Translations under genes and position numbers: made by a program | Notes under the pieces: generated by a model | Seen by the model: only the letters and a program-made list of their open reading frames with translations | Databases searched by the model: none | Told to the model about the DNA's origin: nothing | Shown here: in pieces, positions 48,768 to 59,440 of the stretch | How positions within the stretch are numbered: the first letter of the stretch is position 1 | Layout: each line of letters begins with the position of its first letter | Origin: Patescibacteria group bacterium | GTDB lineage: Bacteria > Patescibacteriota > Patescibacteriia > Magasanikbacterales > JBBTQS01 | Direction: 5' to 3' | Length of the DNA: 64,000 nucleotides | NCBI GenBank assembly: GCA_038065555.1 | Contig: JBBTQS010000001.1 | Location: forward strand, 363,751-427,750

Positions 48768-50003
48768 CTATTTTAGCACAGGTTCTGCTGTGGGAGAAGG
48801 CGTGACACGCAACACCGTCGTGCCAACCACACCCATGAAAATCGCCACTCCCACCGCACCAAACGCGCCATACCGAACAACCAGAGCTCCGGCAACAAGT
48901 GTCATGACAATATCGACGATATTCTTCACCATATTGAAGTTCGACAACACACTGGCGCGATGAAACGACGCGACAGTGCGATTGAGCTGCAAGATAAAAA
49001 GTGGTTCGCGCAGTGTCTGAGATAGCAGCGTAATGAAGGACAGCGCACCAAGCAACCACAGATTATCGGTGAAGAACATGAGCAACATACTCACAATCGG
49101 CACCCAGAACATATTGTTGGCCAATCGCACGAACCCAAACCGCGCTTCCCATCGATACGTAACTCGGCGCAAGAAATACGCCAATCCGTGGTACACGAGA
49201 TAAAAAAGTCCCAACGCAAACACCGTCCACCCCACATTACTCAAAATCGGCTGGTAGACGCGCCAAAAAATAAGCACACTCACAAATCCCAATCCTTTGT
49301 TCGCTGCAACACGCATCAACCACGGCTGCGTGCGCACAAACCGGATACTACTGAGAATAATATTTACTTCGCGTTCCTCCTCCGACTGATACCGATTCGG
49401 CTCCTCAATGAACCACAACAGCCCCAATCCAACGGCAGTAATCGCCGCATCGATCACCAACACCAACGTGAACTGCCAATCCAACATGTTCGTAGCCAAC
49501 AGCGCACCCAAAAAAGGAATAATCCCTTTGAGCACGTTGCGCGATGCGTAATACTGCGAATTATGCCGAACTGCGTCCTTCTCCTCCCCCAATTCCTTGA
49601 GCGTATCGTAGAGAAGCGCCTCATCAGCGCCTGACAAAAAGGCATACGCAATTGCAGCCAAAACCTGCGAAACAACAAACCACTCAAACTCATGCGCAAA
49701 CGCTTGCACAAGCGTCGCCACAATATAAAACCCAAATCCAACACCCAGACTGCGCACACGTCCCATGCGATCCGCCACATATCCCGTTGGAATTTCTGCG
49801 AGAAATCCTGCGACAGACCACACGACCGTGAGGATCATCACTTCTTGCAACGTAATCCCGCGTGCAAGATAAAACAGTGTCAAAATAGCATTGAGTGCCT
49901 TGGTCTCAAAGAGCGCACGCGCCCAAAACAACAACTTCATGTTGCGACGCAGTCGCTGTGTACGCAGCTCACCAGGAGCCGTCGCGTGGCGCCCCCACAT
50001 CAT
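48768..50003 (-). CDS. MFS transporter
   Basis: EIPTGYVADRMGR, SGADEALLYDTL, about 12 TM. Confidence 0.92.
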   Translation of the reverse strand: MMWGRHATAPGELRTQRLRRNMKLLFWARALFETKALNAILTLFYLARGITLQEVMILTVVWSVAGFLAEIPTGYVADRMGRVRSLGVGFGFYIVATLVQAFAHEFEWFVVSQVLAAIAYAFLSGADEALLYDTLKELGEEKDAVRHNSQYYASRNVLKGIIPFLGALLATNMLDWQFTLVLVIDAAITAVGLGLLWFIEEPNRYQSEEEREVNIILSSIRFVRTQPWLMRVAANKGLGFVSVLIFWRVYQPILSNVGWTVFALGLFYLVYHGLAYFLRRVTYRWEARFGFVRLANNMFWVPIVSMLLMFFTDNLWLLGALSFITLLSQTLREPLFILQLNRTVASFHRASVLSNFNMVKNIVDIVMTLVAGALVVRYGAFGAVGVAIFMGVVGTTVLRVTPSPTAEPVLK

Positions 50004-51121
50004 AGAGATCCCATGAGCTCAGTAGCGATGCGCTGCGCAGTACGCTCCCAAGTATATTCCTTTACTTGCTCACTATCGCGCAGAGCGGCTTCGCGTACAT
50101 CTGCACTCGTACTCAACGCTTTCTCGAGCATCAACACCAAGTCCTCTGTCGTTCCATCAGTAATGAATGTTGCTTCGCCTGCGATTTCCTCTGTAGCGCT
50201 CCCTGCACGAACAATAACTGGTGTTGCACACGCACGAGCCTCAAGTACAGGAATTCCAAATCCCTCATACTTTGTCGCAAAGGAAAAAACACTCGCCCCA
50301 GCATACAACTGCGGCAAATCTGCCGCAGGGACAAATCCCAACGCTCGAATACGCGTTGCCATCGGCGACGCGTCAATAGCTGCGCGGACCGATTCATATC
50401 CATACCCAGGCTTGCCAGCGAGCACGAGCAAGTGCGGATCATCCTGATGCGTTCGCAAATACTGTTCAAATGCACGGATGAGTTGCGTTACGCCTTTTTT
50501 TTCTTCCAGCCGTCCCACGAAAAGAATGTAAGGTGATCCAATCGTGTATCGAGTGAGCGTGTCTGCAACAGCGCGCTGCTCAATTGCAGTATTGAACTGA
50601 TTGTGGTCGTACGCCTCAGGAATCACCACGATCTTCGCGCGAATCTGCGTGTATCCATTTTCAATATCACGACGCGTTGCCTCTGATGGCACAATAACCA
50701 CATCAGCATCACGCAACGCACACCGAGTCATGCGATTGGCATACCATCGCTCAAAAGACGAATAGCATTCTGGATTATGCAAGAATGCGACATCATGAAT
50801 GACAGTCACCGTGCGCTTGCCCCGCACCAGCGGTAACACATGCGCCGGAACAAAGAGCACGTCCGGCTTGTGCAACACCATTTCGAGAGTCAATCGAATA
50901 CTTGTCCACGCACGCATTCCAGGCATAGACAGCGGCCTCGCACTCCATGATGCAGGTAACGGTGTTGCGTCAGGTGCCTGCTCGTCCCCGCGCAGGTAGA
51001 GTCGTACTTCTACAGACTCCGGAATCGCAACCTTGAGCGCTTCAATAACAGAAAAAGCGAACTGCTCTACCCCGGTTCGCTGACTCGTAGTTGCGCGTGA
51101 TCCATCAATACCGATCACCAT
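50000..51121 (-). CDS. Glycosyltransferase family 4
   Basis: RTGVE, IHDVAF, VGRLEEKKG, YEGFGIPVLEA; start placed at MVIGID. Confidence 0.93.
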   Translation of the reverse strand: MVIGIDGSRATTSQRTGVEQFAFSVIEALKVAIPESVEVRLYLRGDEQAPDATPLPASWSARPLSMPGMRAWTSIRLTLEMVLHKPDVLFVPAHVLPLVRGKRTVTVIHDVAFLHNPECYSSFERWYANRMTRCALRDADVVIVPSEATRRDIENGYTQIRAKIVVIPEAYDHNQFNTAIEQRAVADTLTRYTIGSPYILFVGRLEEKKGVTQLIRAFEQYLRTHQDDPHLLVLAGKPGYGYESVRAAIDASPMATRIRALGFVPAADLPQLYAGASVFSFATKYEGFGIPVLEARACATPVIVRAGSATEEIAGEATFITDGTTEDLVLMLEKALSTSADVREAALRDSEQVKEYTWERTAQRIATELMGSL

Positions 51122-51122
51122 A

Positions 51123-52130
51123 CTATCGAGTCGCAAGAATACTACGCTTGTAACTATCGAGGTTCTCCAGTGCAATACCTGTCCCCTTTGCCACACACAA
51201 CAGCGGCTCATCAGCCATGTACGTTGGAACACCTGTTGCCTGTGCGATGAGTTCATCGAGATTGCGCAGCTGACTCGTACCACCGGAGAGAATCATTCCT
51301 TTGTCCATGACATCCGCAGAAAGCTCTGGTGGCGTCTCATGCAGCACATCTTTGATCGCTTGAATCAACCCAGCGAGCTCATGCTGGATCGCATCTGTGA
51401 CATCATTACTCGTCACACTGATCGTTCGTGGCAATCCGCTGACCATATCGCGCCCACGAACATCCATCGCCAATTTCTTGTCCATGTACATCGCAGAACC
51501 AACCTGAATCTTGATGTCTTCTGCCGTGCGTTCGCCGATAGCAAGTCCATATTTGCGACGGGTGTGCTCGGCAATAGCTGCGTCGAGCTTGTTACCACCA
51601 ATACGAACGCTGCCGCTACTCACAATGCCGCCCAGCGATATCACGGCGATCTCGGCGGTTCCGCCGCCAATGTCGACAATCATATGTCCTGAGGCAGAGC
51701 CAATAGGCACGTCAGCGCCAATTGCTGCCACGATTGGTTCTTTGATGATATACGCAGCACGCGCGCCCGCAGCTATGGTTGCGTCGATCACGGCGCGGCG
51801 TTCGGTTGAAGTAATACCTCCAGGCACCGCAACCATCACTTCAGGGCGGAAGAGTCGCACGCCGCCAAGCGCCTTATTAATGAAATAGCGAAGCATCGCT
51901 TCGGTGGTACGATAGTTAGCAATCACACCGTCTTTGAGTGGTCGCTCAGCAATAATCGTGTCTGGTGTTCGACCAATCATGTCCTTTGCCTCTTTTCCTA
52001 CCGCGAGGACCATGCGATCTGCCTTCGAAATCGCAACAACAGACGGTTCATTGATAATAATGCCGCGTTTTGGGACGTAAACCAGCACGTTGGTGGTGCC
52101 CAGATCAATACCGACTTTTTTGGTGAACAT
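51123..52130 (-). CDS. mreB: Rod shape-determining protein MreB
   Basis: [34 protein letters not shown]. Confidence 0.98.
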   Translation of the reverse strand: MFTKKVGIDLGTTNVLVYVPKRGIIINEPSVVAISKADRMVLAVGKEAKDMIGRTPDTIIAERPLKDGVIANYRTTEAMLRYFINKALGGVRLFRPEVMVAVPGGITSTERRAVIDATIAAGARAAYIIKEPIVAAIGADVPIGSASGHMIVDIGGGTAEIAVISLGGIVSSGSVRIGGNKLDAAIAEHTRRKYGLAIGERTAEDIKIQVGSAMYMDKKLAMDVRGRDMVSGLPRTISVTSNDVTDAIQHELAGLIQAIKDVLHETPPELSADVMDKGMILSGGTSQLRNLDELIAQATGVPTYMADEPLLCVAKGTGIALENLDSYKRSILATR

Positions 52131-52195
52131 AAAAAGGGAGAGCCTGTGTACAGGCTCTCGTATAGTAGCTTCGCAACACTCCCCGCGTCAATCAA

Positions 52196-53593
52196 TTACT
52201 TATTTCGCAGCTGAAAAGACGCATCGCTCGTCAGGATCGCATCAATAACTGCGTCTCCCATGAACTGGAGCTGCAATGGCATGGCTGGTGTGCCCGATTG
52301 CTTCTGCACATGTAATTCGTATGTACGATCTGCCAGGCGCTGACGCACCGCCGCCGGAAGTTGATATTCCAACTCAATCGTATGCGTTGCACCAGGCTCA
52401 ACCACAAAGAAAAATCCAACTACAGGGCGATTGTACTCACGCCCAACAAAGAAATCTCCTACTGCAGGATCCTTTTCGCGAATCATTGCACCTTCGCCCC
52501 GAAGAAATTCCGTTCCCGCAGGGAGGTACACTCGCGAGTACGATCGATACCGCGTTGTGCGCCAATCAAATGCTCCACGATTCTTGTACGTGATACGCAA
52601 TGTTGCTCGACCGTCAGGTGTAACCGAATATGCAACACTGCGCGCCATCACACGATCAGTCTTGAGACTCGCAAAGTTCGCGTCTACGAGAAGCCATCCA
52701 TCATCCCCCTCGCCCAGCTGCGCCACCTCGCCACCCCATTGCTGACTCAGAACCGTACGCTGCACACCAGCATCGGTTGCATAGAGCTGCACATCCTTGA
52801 TGTCGAGCCCTTCGAAGAAAATACGCGCCATCTTGGGCCACAGCACCGTGAAATTGTTTTTTACTCGATCGAACATGATTGCCATTACGTGCTGAACGAA
52901 TTCTTTGCGATTCTCGTACGAATCCCCACGCGCCGCATACCCATATTCCACTTCCCATTGGAGCTGCTCTACGAATGTATCCGGATCCAGTCGCACTCCA
53001 TCAGCCGTGATCGGCCCCAACACGCGCATGACACGCGCTACAAATTCCGCATTGATCGCAATCACACCATCAAATGGCTCTGTATCCCCTGACTCCTGCG
53101 CGTACCGCTCCATGAGCAGCTTCGCCGATGATGGGAAGTCCGGGAGCCAATTCGAATCTCGGAAAAAGAATTTGGGCTGTGCGAGATAATTGCGCAGTGG
53201 CGGTGGAGATTGTGGAATCTTCGATTGATCTGCGCGCGCATCGAGCTTCTCTGTACCTTCCACGAACCACGAAGTTACACTCGCATCATCCATCTCGATG
53301 ATGGCGTAATTACCCACGAACCCACCCGTCGGCCGCAGCTCAGTGTTGTTCTGGAAAAGCACCAAAAAACGTTTGGGACTGTCCATCCCAAGAAAATAAG
53401 GAAATACTTCTTTCGCAGTATCAACTACCGCTGGCCCATAGGCCTGCTGGAGTTCCTGCGTTACTTGCTGATATGAACGTAGCTGCGGTGCAACATATCG
53501 GTAGTACGCGCCAATCACACCGATCGAAAGTGCGAGTACAATCCAAATCACCACCCACAACCACACCCTCCTGCGGTGTGTCATACGCGACAA
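52196..53593 (-). CDS. DUF4012-type membrane-anchored protein
   Basis: LVLFQNNTELRPTGGF, RDSNWLPDFP, DANFASLKTD, QKQSG. Confidence 0.85.
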   Translation of the reverse strand: MSRMTHRRRVWLWVVIWIVLALSIGVIGAYYRYVAPQLRSYQQVTQELQQAYGPAVVDTAKEVFPYFLGMDSPKRFLVLFQNNTELRPTGGFVGNYAIIEMDDASVTSWFVEGTEKLDARADQSKIPQSPPPLRNYLAQPKFFFRDSNWLPDFPSSAKLLMERYAQESGDTEPFDGVIAINAEFVARVMRVLGPITADGVRLDPDTFVEQLQWEVEYGYAARGDSYENRKEFVQHVMAIMFDRVKNNFTVLWPKMARIFFEGLDIKDVQLYATDAGVQRTVLSQQWGGEVAQLGEGDDGWLLVDANFASLKTDRVMARSVAYSVTPDGRATLRITYKNRGAFDWRTTRYRSYSRVYLPAGTEFLRGEGAMIREKDPAVGDFFVGREYNRPVVGFFFVVEPGATHTIELEYQLPAAVRQRLADRTYELHVQKQSGTPAMPLQLQFMGDAVIDAILTSDASFQLRNK

Positions 53594-53597
53594 AAAA

Positions 53598-55094
53598 CTA
53601 TGCTGTAATTATCTTACGCTTTTTTGCCGAAACATTGAAGCCGAGATAGCGTCCGAGCATCAATCGCGTCTGCGCATCAATCGCAGGCAGCGAGCTCATG
53701 AAAATGAGAGAGATCGGCAGCAACAGCCACTGCAACACCATGATCAGAAATGTATACGAACGCACCGAGCTCGGACGTGGCGGCAAGAGCAATAGACTGT
53801 ACGTCATCGAGAATACAAGTCCAAGCATTGCACCACCCATGAGCCACTCGAGAATATGCGGCGTATTCTGGAAGAGCACAGTCGAGCGCACTTCATCCCC
53901 TGCAACAAGCAATGGAAGACGACCAAATACGAGCAGAATAATCGCCGTCATACCCCACGAGAATTTGCCTTCAATCATGTTGAACATGTAGTACCACTTG
54001 CGCTTCCACGAAATACCAGGATGCTTGGGCAAATTCCAGAGCATGAACGGAATATGCTCGGTTCCCCACGCCCAACGACGCTGCTGCTTGTAGAGATTCT
54101 TGCACGAACGCCAGAATGTTTCGTCACGAACGGTATCCATGGACACTGGCAAGAAGATCGGATACGTACGGTAGTCTCCATCGTATTTGAGCACGCACTG
54201 CCAATAAATACGCGAGTCCTCGCTCACAATACGCTTCTCCCAGAATCCAACGTCCACCAGCGCTCGAAACGACATGCTGTGTGACGAGAATGTCACCATG
54301 CGATCCACACGAGGCAACTCGGTGAGCAACCAGAATGTGGTACCAAAAGCCATGATACGCAACACCGCCGGCGACTCCCACATGTTGTTGTTATAGAGTG
54401 CAAACGGCTGATACGATGCGCGCGTCGGATTCGGCACACTCAAATACGTATAGGACAACGCACTAAAATAGTGCGGATGGACAATCGTATCAATATCAAA
54501 AGCACTCACGATAACACGGTCGTAGTTATACCCAATCGCATCAATATATTCTTTGACCTTCTGCCCAGCGTAATGGATGTTACTCCCCTTTCCTGGAATT
54601 TCGTCTGGCAAATCCGACGGATGAATCGTGACGAGGAAGTCAAAGAATTTGTCGCCGTATTCTTCCTTGAGCGCATAGCAAAATGCCCCAAAGTGATCGA
54701 GCTTGCGCTCCTCTCCTGCGAGTACCACGAGCATTTGCTTCGCTGGCAATGACGATTTGAGGAGCCCTTCGAGCGTGGTACGCACGACTGCTTCATCCTC
54801 ATCGTACACTGGCAGAAAAATCGCATGGACATATTCGCGCCACTGCGGCTTCTCCTCCTGCAATTTCGCAAACCAATCTGTGCGTAGCGCTCGTCGATAT
54901 TCGCGCAGCGACAAGGTCAAGAAAAAAGAGAAGTACACCACTCGGTGTACCCAATAAATATCATAGACAATCACGAAATAGATCATCCACAACGGCGCAA
55001 AGAACGACAACAAAATACCGCCGACAATGGAGAACCAAATCAGCGCTCCAGGGAGAATTTCGTACAATCGGTATTTGGTGTAATCAGACAACAT
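53598..55094 (-). CDS. Membrane glycosyltransferase family 2 (processive type)
   Basis: GKGSN, DIDT, SEDSR, QQRRWAWG, flanking TMs. Confidence 0.9.
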   Translation of the reverse strand: MLSDYTKYRLYEILPGALIWFSIVGGILLSFFAPLWMIYFVIVYDIYWVHRVVYFSFFLTLSLREYRRALRTDWFAKLQEEKPQWREYVHAIFLPVYDEDEAVVRTTLEGLLKSSLPAKQMLVVLAGEERKLDHFGAFCYALKEEYGDKFFDFLVTIHPSDLPDEIPGKGSNIHYAGQKVKEYIDAIGYNYDRVIVSAFDIDTIVHPHYFSALSYTYLSVPNPTRASYQPFALYNNNMWESPAVLRIMAFGTTFWLLTELPRVDRMVTFSSHSMSFRALVDVGFWEKRIVSEDSRIYWQCVLKYDGDYRTYPIFLPVSMDTVRDETFWRSCKNLYKQQRRWAWGTEHIPFMLWNLPKHPGISWKRKWYYMFNMIEGKFSWGMTAIILLVFGRLPLLVAGDEVRSTVLFQNTPHILEWLMGGAMLGLVFSMTYSLLLLPPRPSSVRSYTFLIMVLQWLLLPISLIFMSSLPAIDAQTRLMLGRYLGFNVSAKKRKIITA

Positions 55095-55497
55095 GCGATT
55101 TGGGTATGCGGATATTGGGTTCGGCGGAATATTCTGCTGTTACGCTTGCTGTTGCTGGCACACCAGCAAAAAGCGCTTCAGCCTGTGCCCATGAGAAGTC
55201 ATCACTCAATTGCGCAGGAGCAACGGCAACTGCAGGAACATTCCATCCCGCAGCCAGACCATTGGCCGCCGTGACACTGATACGCGTTGCCATGAATGAC
55301 CCTACGCCAGTCGCGACGATAGTACCACGAATACCTTTTGTGTCCAGTTGGTGCGACTGAATCGCGCGATCCACCACCGCAACCGCTTCTTGCGCTCGCA
55401 CGGGCTCACGAACCGCTGTTGTACCGTTTTGCGCTATCACAAGAACGCGAGTTTGCCCCTCCATTGAGCAATCCAATGCCAAGTACCATGTGTTCAT
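55084..55497 (-). CDS. tsaB: Short TsaB-like t6A biosynthesis protein
   Basis: LALDCS, GVGSFMATRISVTAANGLA, YSAEPNI. Confidence 0.8.
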   Translation of the reverse strand: MNTWYLALDCSMEGQTRVLVIAQNGTTAVREPVRAQEAVAVVDRAIQSHQLDTKGIRGTIVATGVGSFMATRISVTAANGLAAGWNVPAVAVAPAQLSDDFSWAQAEALFAGVPATASVTAEYSAEPNIRIPKSHVV

Positions 55498-55503
55498 ACA
55501 AGA

Positions 55504-56100
55504 TTATTTGACGCCGCCGAGAATGAGAATGTGCGGTGCCTCAAAAAGTGAAAAAAGAAATCGATCTACCACCTGCTGCCGCTCATGATATTCCTGCGAA
55601 GTGAAGTGCGTATAGCGAATCGGTCCGCCGAGATCATCTTCGTATTTCTTGATCGCACGACCGAGCCGCTTGGGATCCATGTCACCCACACACAGCATAT
55701 CTGTAGGAGCCTCAGACTCACGGACAAACTGACCCGTGAGCAACAACACTTGCATCTCCGGAAATGTCTTGAGCAAATCGTCCGTGAACTGCCGCTGCCC
55801 CACAGACTCAGACTTCAACAGCAGCGCACGCAACTCGTCGTAATAGAGTGATCGTTCGCACAGGCGATACCACACGCGGCGATTCGCTCCCGCGTCCTCA
55901 AGTGAGGTGAGCGTAACGTTGGGCGTGACGATTTCGATGATGCCTGCATCAACAAGATGTGCGAGCTCGCGCCGCACGGCATTGATCTGACTCTTCACCT
56001 CGCGCGCCATTTCACGAACAAAGTACGCAGTCTCAGGATGCGTGAAAAAGAGGCGTAGGAGGCGTAATCGAGTCTTTGAACCAAAAAGGTGTTCAAGCAT
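55504..56100 (-). CDS. Winged-HTH protein fused to degenerate nucleotidyltransferase-like domain
   Basis: FGSKTRLRLL..YFVREMAR..INAVRREL; LLTGQF..TDMLCVG. Confidence 0.8.
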   Translation of the reverse strand: MLEHLFGSKTRLRLLRLFFTHPETAYFVREMAREVKSQINAVRRELAHLVDAGIIEIVTPNVTLTSLEDAGANRRVWYRLCERSLYYDELRALLLKSESVGQRQFTDDLLKTFPEMQVLLLTGQFVRESEAPTDMLCVGDMDPKRLGRAIKKYEDDLGGPIRYTHFTSQEYHERQQVVDRFLFSLFEAPHILILGGVK

Positions 56101-56158
56101 AACTTCCTGTACAGACACGGATCTAGTATAATGGCTGCAAGTGTTAAACGTCAAAACC

Positions 56159-58453
56159 ATGCGTGCATTTCTGTCCCATATTGGAGTCCACGAGTTCTTC
56201 GTGGAAGGCAAAGACCCGGACGCTTCCCAAGTCATCGTACACATCACCGAACCAGCCAACGAATCCGAGTACCGCCGTGGATACATCTTCATGATTGCGC
56301 AAGCAGATCACGCGCCCATGAAGACAATCGAAACCATCAACGCCTGGGTACAAGAAGTCGAAACTGGATTCTACGAAGAGCCACTGCATCGTGACTCAGC
56401 CGCAGCCCACTTCGAGCATCTCCTCGAACGCGTGAATCGCAAGAGCGCGGCATTGTTGCGAGATCTCAAGAGCAGAGATGCTTCTTTGAGTCTCGTGATT
56501 GGTATGGTCAATGAACAAACCCTGGCGTTTGCTCTTCGCGGCGTACCTGTTGGATTTGTGGCGTACAAGGACAAGAAGACCAACGCCGTCAATACCATCG
56601 ACATTACTTCCGAGAATACCGAACCACACTCTGACACACAGTTGTTCGGTTCAATTATTAACGGCGCACTCCACGCCGGCGACTCCGTGTTCTTCGGCAC
56701 CCCCGAAATCGCCGAGCAACTCGAGCTCTCCGAGATCACTTCAGTACTCGAGCAAAAAACACCGATCAAAGGTGCAGCGCATTTCCAGAACGCACTCGAC
56801 CGTATTGCCGGCGCTGCGTCCTACGGTGGTGTATTCTTGGAACGCGTTCCAGAACACGCATCGATTGAGACTTCGGAGTACGAATCTCCAAGCAAAAAAT
56901 CTTCGAGCAAACGCGACTCCATCTCCTCTCTCATCGACTCGCAACAAGCAACTGAAGAAACGCTCGCGCCATCGCTCTTTGCCAACATGCGCAAACGGCT
57001 CGAAGCGCGACTGCAGAACTCCCGCGCAACAGATGAGGACGCAGAGGAAGATGATGAGCCATCAGCTTCCATCACCGCTGGTACACGCCATCGCGAACGC
57101 ATTGCCGCGATGCGCGAAGGCCGCAGCACGTCAGGTGGCGCATATCTCCACTCGATCGGCAGCGCAATTGCTCGTGGTGTGCGCGTCGCCTTTCCAACCA
57201 TCATTCGCTGGAGCCGCGCACTCATTGTATTTGTGATCATGGCAGTGGAGACGTTGTTCTTCGTGACCACAAATATGGGTGGCCGTCGCCGTGAATTCAT
57301 TGAATACTGGAAAAGAAATTCGAGCGAGCAATGGGAGCGCACGAGCAGCTGGTTCGGCTCACTCTCCTGGCCACACAAGATCGCGACTGTTGTTGTGGGA
57401 CTCAGTGCCATCGCCTTTGTGATCGGCATCGGCGTTGTACAATGGAACCGCTCGTCCGCAGCTGATGCGCAAGTATACGCTGACACGATTGTTCGCATCG
57501 AGTCACTCATCTCCTCAGCCGAATCATCCCTCATCTACAATGAGGAAACCCGCGCTCGCGTCACCATGACTGAGGCTCGTACAGCAATCGAATCACTCCC
57601 CAACAAATCTATCGACGAAGAGAACGCGCGCGTTCGCCTCTCGAGCAAACTCGCAGGTCTCGAGGAACGCATCCGCCGTGCCACACACGTGTCACCAACA
57701 GAACTCGTAGCTACAGCTGCGTCTGGCATCAACCCAACATCACTGCTTGTCACCAACAACTTACTCATCGTAGCTGATCCTGCGAAGAAATTGCTCGTTC
57801 TCGAACGCGGCTCCCAGAAGATTTCTACCGAGAATGATGTCCCTGCGCTCAATGACTTCATTGGACGCGCAACTCCAGAGGGTCTCACCTTCTTCATCAG
57901 CCGCGGCGAATCAATCCAGTGGAAGAATCAGGCAGACGATGCAAAAGTAGCAACTACAATCCCAGGTTCTGGCATGTTCGACGCAGCCATCTACAACGAT
58001 CGACTCTACTCGCTCGTTCCAAGTGACAAAATGATTTATCGCCATGGCCGCTACCAAGAGGGATTCGGCACTGGTACTGCATGGGCAAAAGGAAATCCTG
58101 ATTTGAGCAATGCCGTGAGTATGGCCATTGATGGCAATGTGTGGACACTCGACAAAACCGGCAAGATCCGCATGTTCGAGCGCGGTGAAGAAAAGCCAAT
58201 CACCCTGAGCCCTGTAGACCCTGCAGTAACCAACGCGACGCAACTCGTCACATTCCTCAACTCCAAGTGGCTCTACACACTCGAGCCAACGACAAAGCGT
58301 CTCATCGTCCACGAGAAAACAGGCGCGTACACGGTGCAATACATTCTGGACAACACCTCTGACATTCGCGCGATGGCGATTGATGAGGCGAAGAAGATGG
58401 CGTTTGTGCTTGATGGTGCTTCGGTGAAGCAGTTTCCGCTCACTCATTTCTAG
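56159..58453 (+). CDS. Membrane protein: PP2C-like N-terminal region, TM, C-terminal beta-propeller
   Basis: Degenerate phosphatase-like N-terminus, TM helix, AIYNDRLYSL/AIDGNVWTL/LYTLEP propeller blades. Confidence 0.8.
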   Translation: MRAFLSHIGVHEFFVEGKDPDASQVIVHITEPANESEYRRGYIFMIAQADHAPMKTIETINAWVQEVETGFYEEPLHRDSAAAHFEHLLERVNRKSAALLRDLKSRDASLSLVIGMVNEQTLAFALRGVPVGFVAYKDKKTNAVNTIDITSENTEPHSDTQLFGSIINGALHAGDSVFFGTPEIAEQLELSEITSVLEQKTPIKGAAHFQNALDRIAGAASYGGVFLERVPEHASIETSEYESPSKKSSSKRDSISSLIDSQQATEETLAPSLFANMRKRLEARLQNSRATDEDAEEDDEPSASITAGTRHRERIAAMREGRSTSGGAYLHSIGSAIARGVRVAFPTIIRWSRALIVFVIMAVETLFFVTTNMGGRRREFIEYWKRNSSEQWERTSSWFGSLSWPHKIATVVVGLSAIAFVIGIGVVQWNRSSAADAQVYADTIVRIESLISSAESSLIYNEETRARVTMTEARTAIESLPNKSIDEENARVRLSSKLAGLEERIRRATHVSPTELVATAASGINPTSLLVTNNLLIVADPAKKLLVLERGSQKISTENDVPALNDFIGRATPEGLTFFISRGESIQWKNQADDAKVATTIPGSGMFDAAIYNDRLYSLVPSDKMIYRHGRYQEGFGTGTAWAKGNPDLSNAVSMAIDGNVWTLDKTGKIRMFERGEEKPITLSPVDPAVTNATQLVTFLNSKWLYTLEPTTKRLIVHEKTGAYTVQYILDNTSDIRAMAIDEAKKMAFVLDGASVKQFPLTHF

Positions 58454-58458
58454 GCGCG

Positions 58459-58630
58459 CAAAAACAACGATAGCTTTGCATCCCTTTCGGGCACGACGTC
58501 AATTCCACTAACCGTGGAATTGCGTCTCGAACTCGGACTGTCGGACAACGTGTCATGCCTAACGGCGATTACGACTGGCCGACCGTCCTCCGTTAGTCCC
58601 TCAAGGAATGCAAAGCTATCGTTGTTTTTG
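58459..58630 (-). repeat. Structured repeat element E1 (candidate ncRNA or ssDNA element)
   Basis: 23-bp perfect terminal stem; 136-nt core aligns without gaps to 59441-59614 in inverted orientation. Confidence 0.85.
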
Positions 58631-58719
58631 TACACACATCACTGTATGAGCGAACACTCCCTCAAAACACACCACCCTCAGAGTTCGTCTGAGGGTGCGG
58701 TTTGCGATGATGCTACTGA

Positions 58720-59361
58720 CTACTCGCCAGGCAGCAGACCATCGGGGTTGTTGTTGATGTAGAGGTACGAGTAAGGCAGCTGCCGATCCGGGAACCGCGG
58801 AGCCGCCCTGAGCATATCATATGCCCGGGCGAGGAAGATGGAGGCTCCCCCACTTTCCCCTTGCACCTCAGCACACGAACCCGGAGCTCCACTTGCGATG
58901 ATCATATGCTCACGCTTGCGATTGCGCGCGAGTGTGAGCAGCGTCTGGAGTGGACTCGCACTCACAAGATTCAGATTCCGCGCCACTGCATCGTGCACCT
59001 CGAAATCTGCGAACACGAGCACAGGACGAAAGAACAGTGTTACTCCCGCAGGAAGAGAGAGATCGCAGAATCCCAGCTCTTTTTTCACGAACTCATCCAC
59101 TCTCCCAGCCGCATCGTGAATCAATACTTCTTGACCCGTCGAACCAGACACGGTCACAGGCTGCAGATGACACACCATAGCCTCGTCGTGTTCGGTAATC
59201 ACGTTGCATGTGATCATCTGCCGACCCAGCCGCCGTGCGAGCAGTGGATCATCCACTACACCCTGAACCACTGCCTCTTGTTCTTCGAGCGCAAGCCCTG
59301 GAAACGCCGCCAACACCCCACGCGGAAGTGCAGACTGAAATCCTCGATGCTCAATATCCAT
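58720..59361 (-). CDS. Hypothetical protein between elements E1 and E2
   Basis: GAGGAGGTG SD before MDIEHRG; TTGACA upstream; CACCCTCAGA/TCTGAGGGTG hairpin downstream. Confidence 0.75.
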   Translation of the reverse strand: MDIEHRGFQSALPRGVLAAFPGLALEEQEAVVQGVVDDPLLARRLGRQMITCNVITEHDEAMVCHLQPVTVSGSTGQEVLIHDAAGRVDEFVKKELGFCDLSLPAGVTLFFRPVLVFADFEVHDAVARNLNLVSASPLQTLLTLARNRKREHMIIASGAPGSCAEVQGESGGASIFLARAYDMLRAAPRFPDRQLPYSYLYINNNPDGLLPGE

Positions 59362-59440
59362 GTGAACACCTCCTCGCCCCGAGCTTCGCACACACACAAA
59401 GGCTTGTCAACGCAGGTCATTTACTTGCGCGCACGTACAC

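Noticed and set aside
52138-52159. Palindrome GAGAGCCTGT-GT-ACAGGCTCTC before mreB as a novel operator
   Set aside because: It is followed by a T-run on minus, so a terminator for the upstream gene is the simpler explanation.
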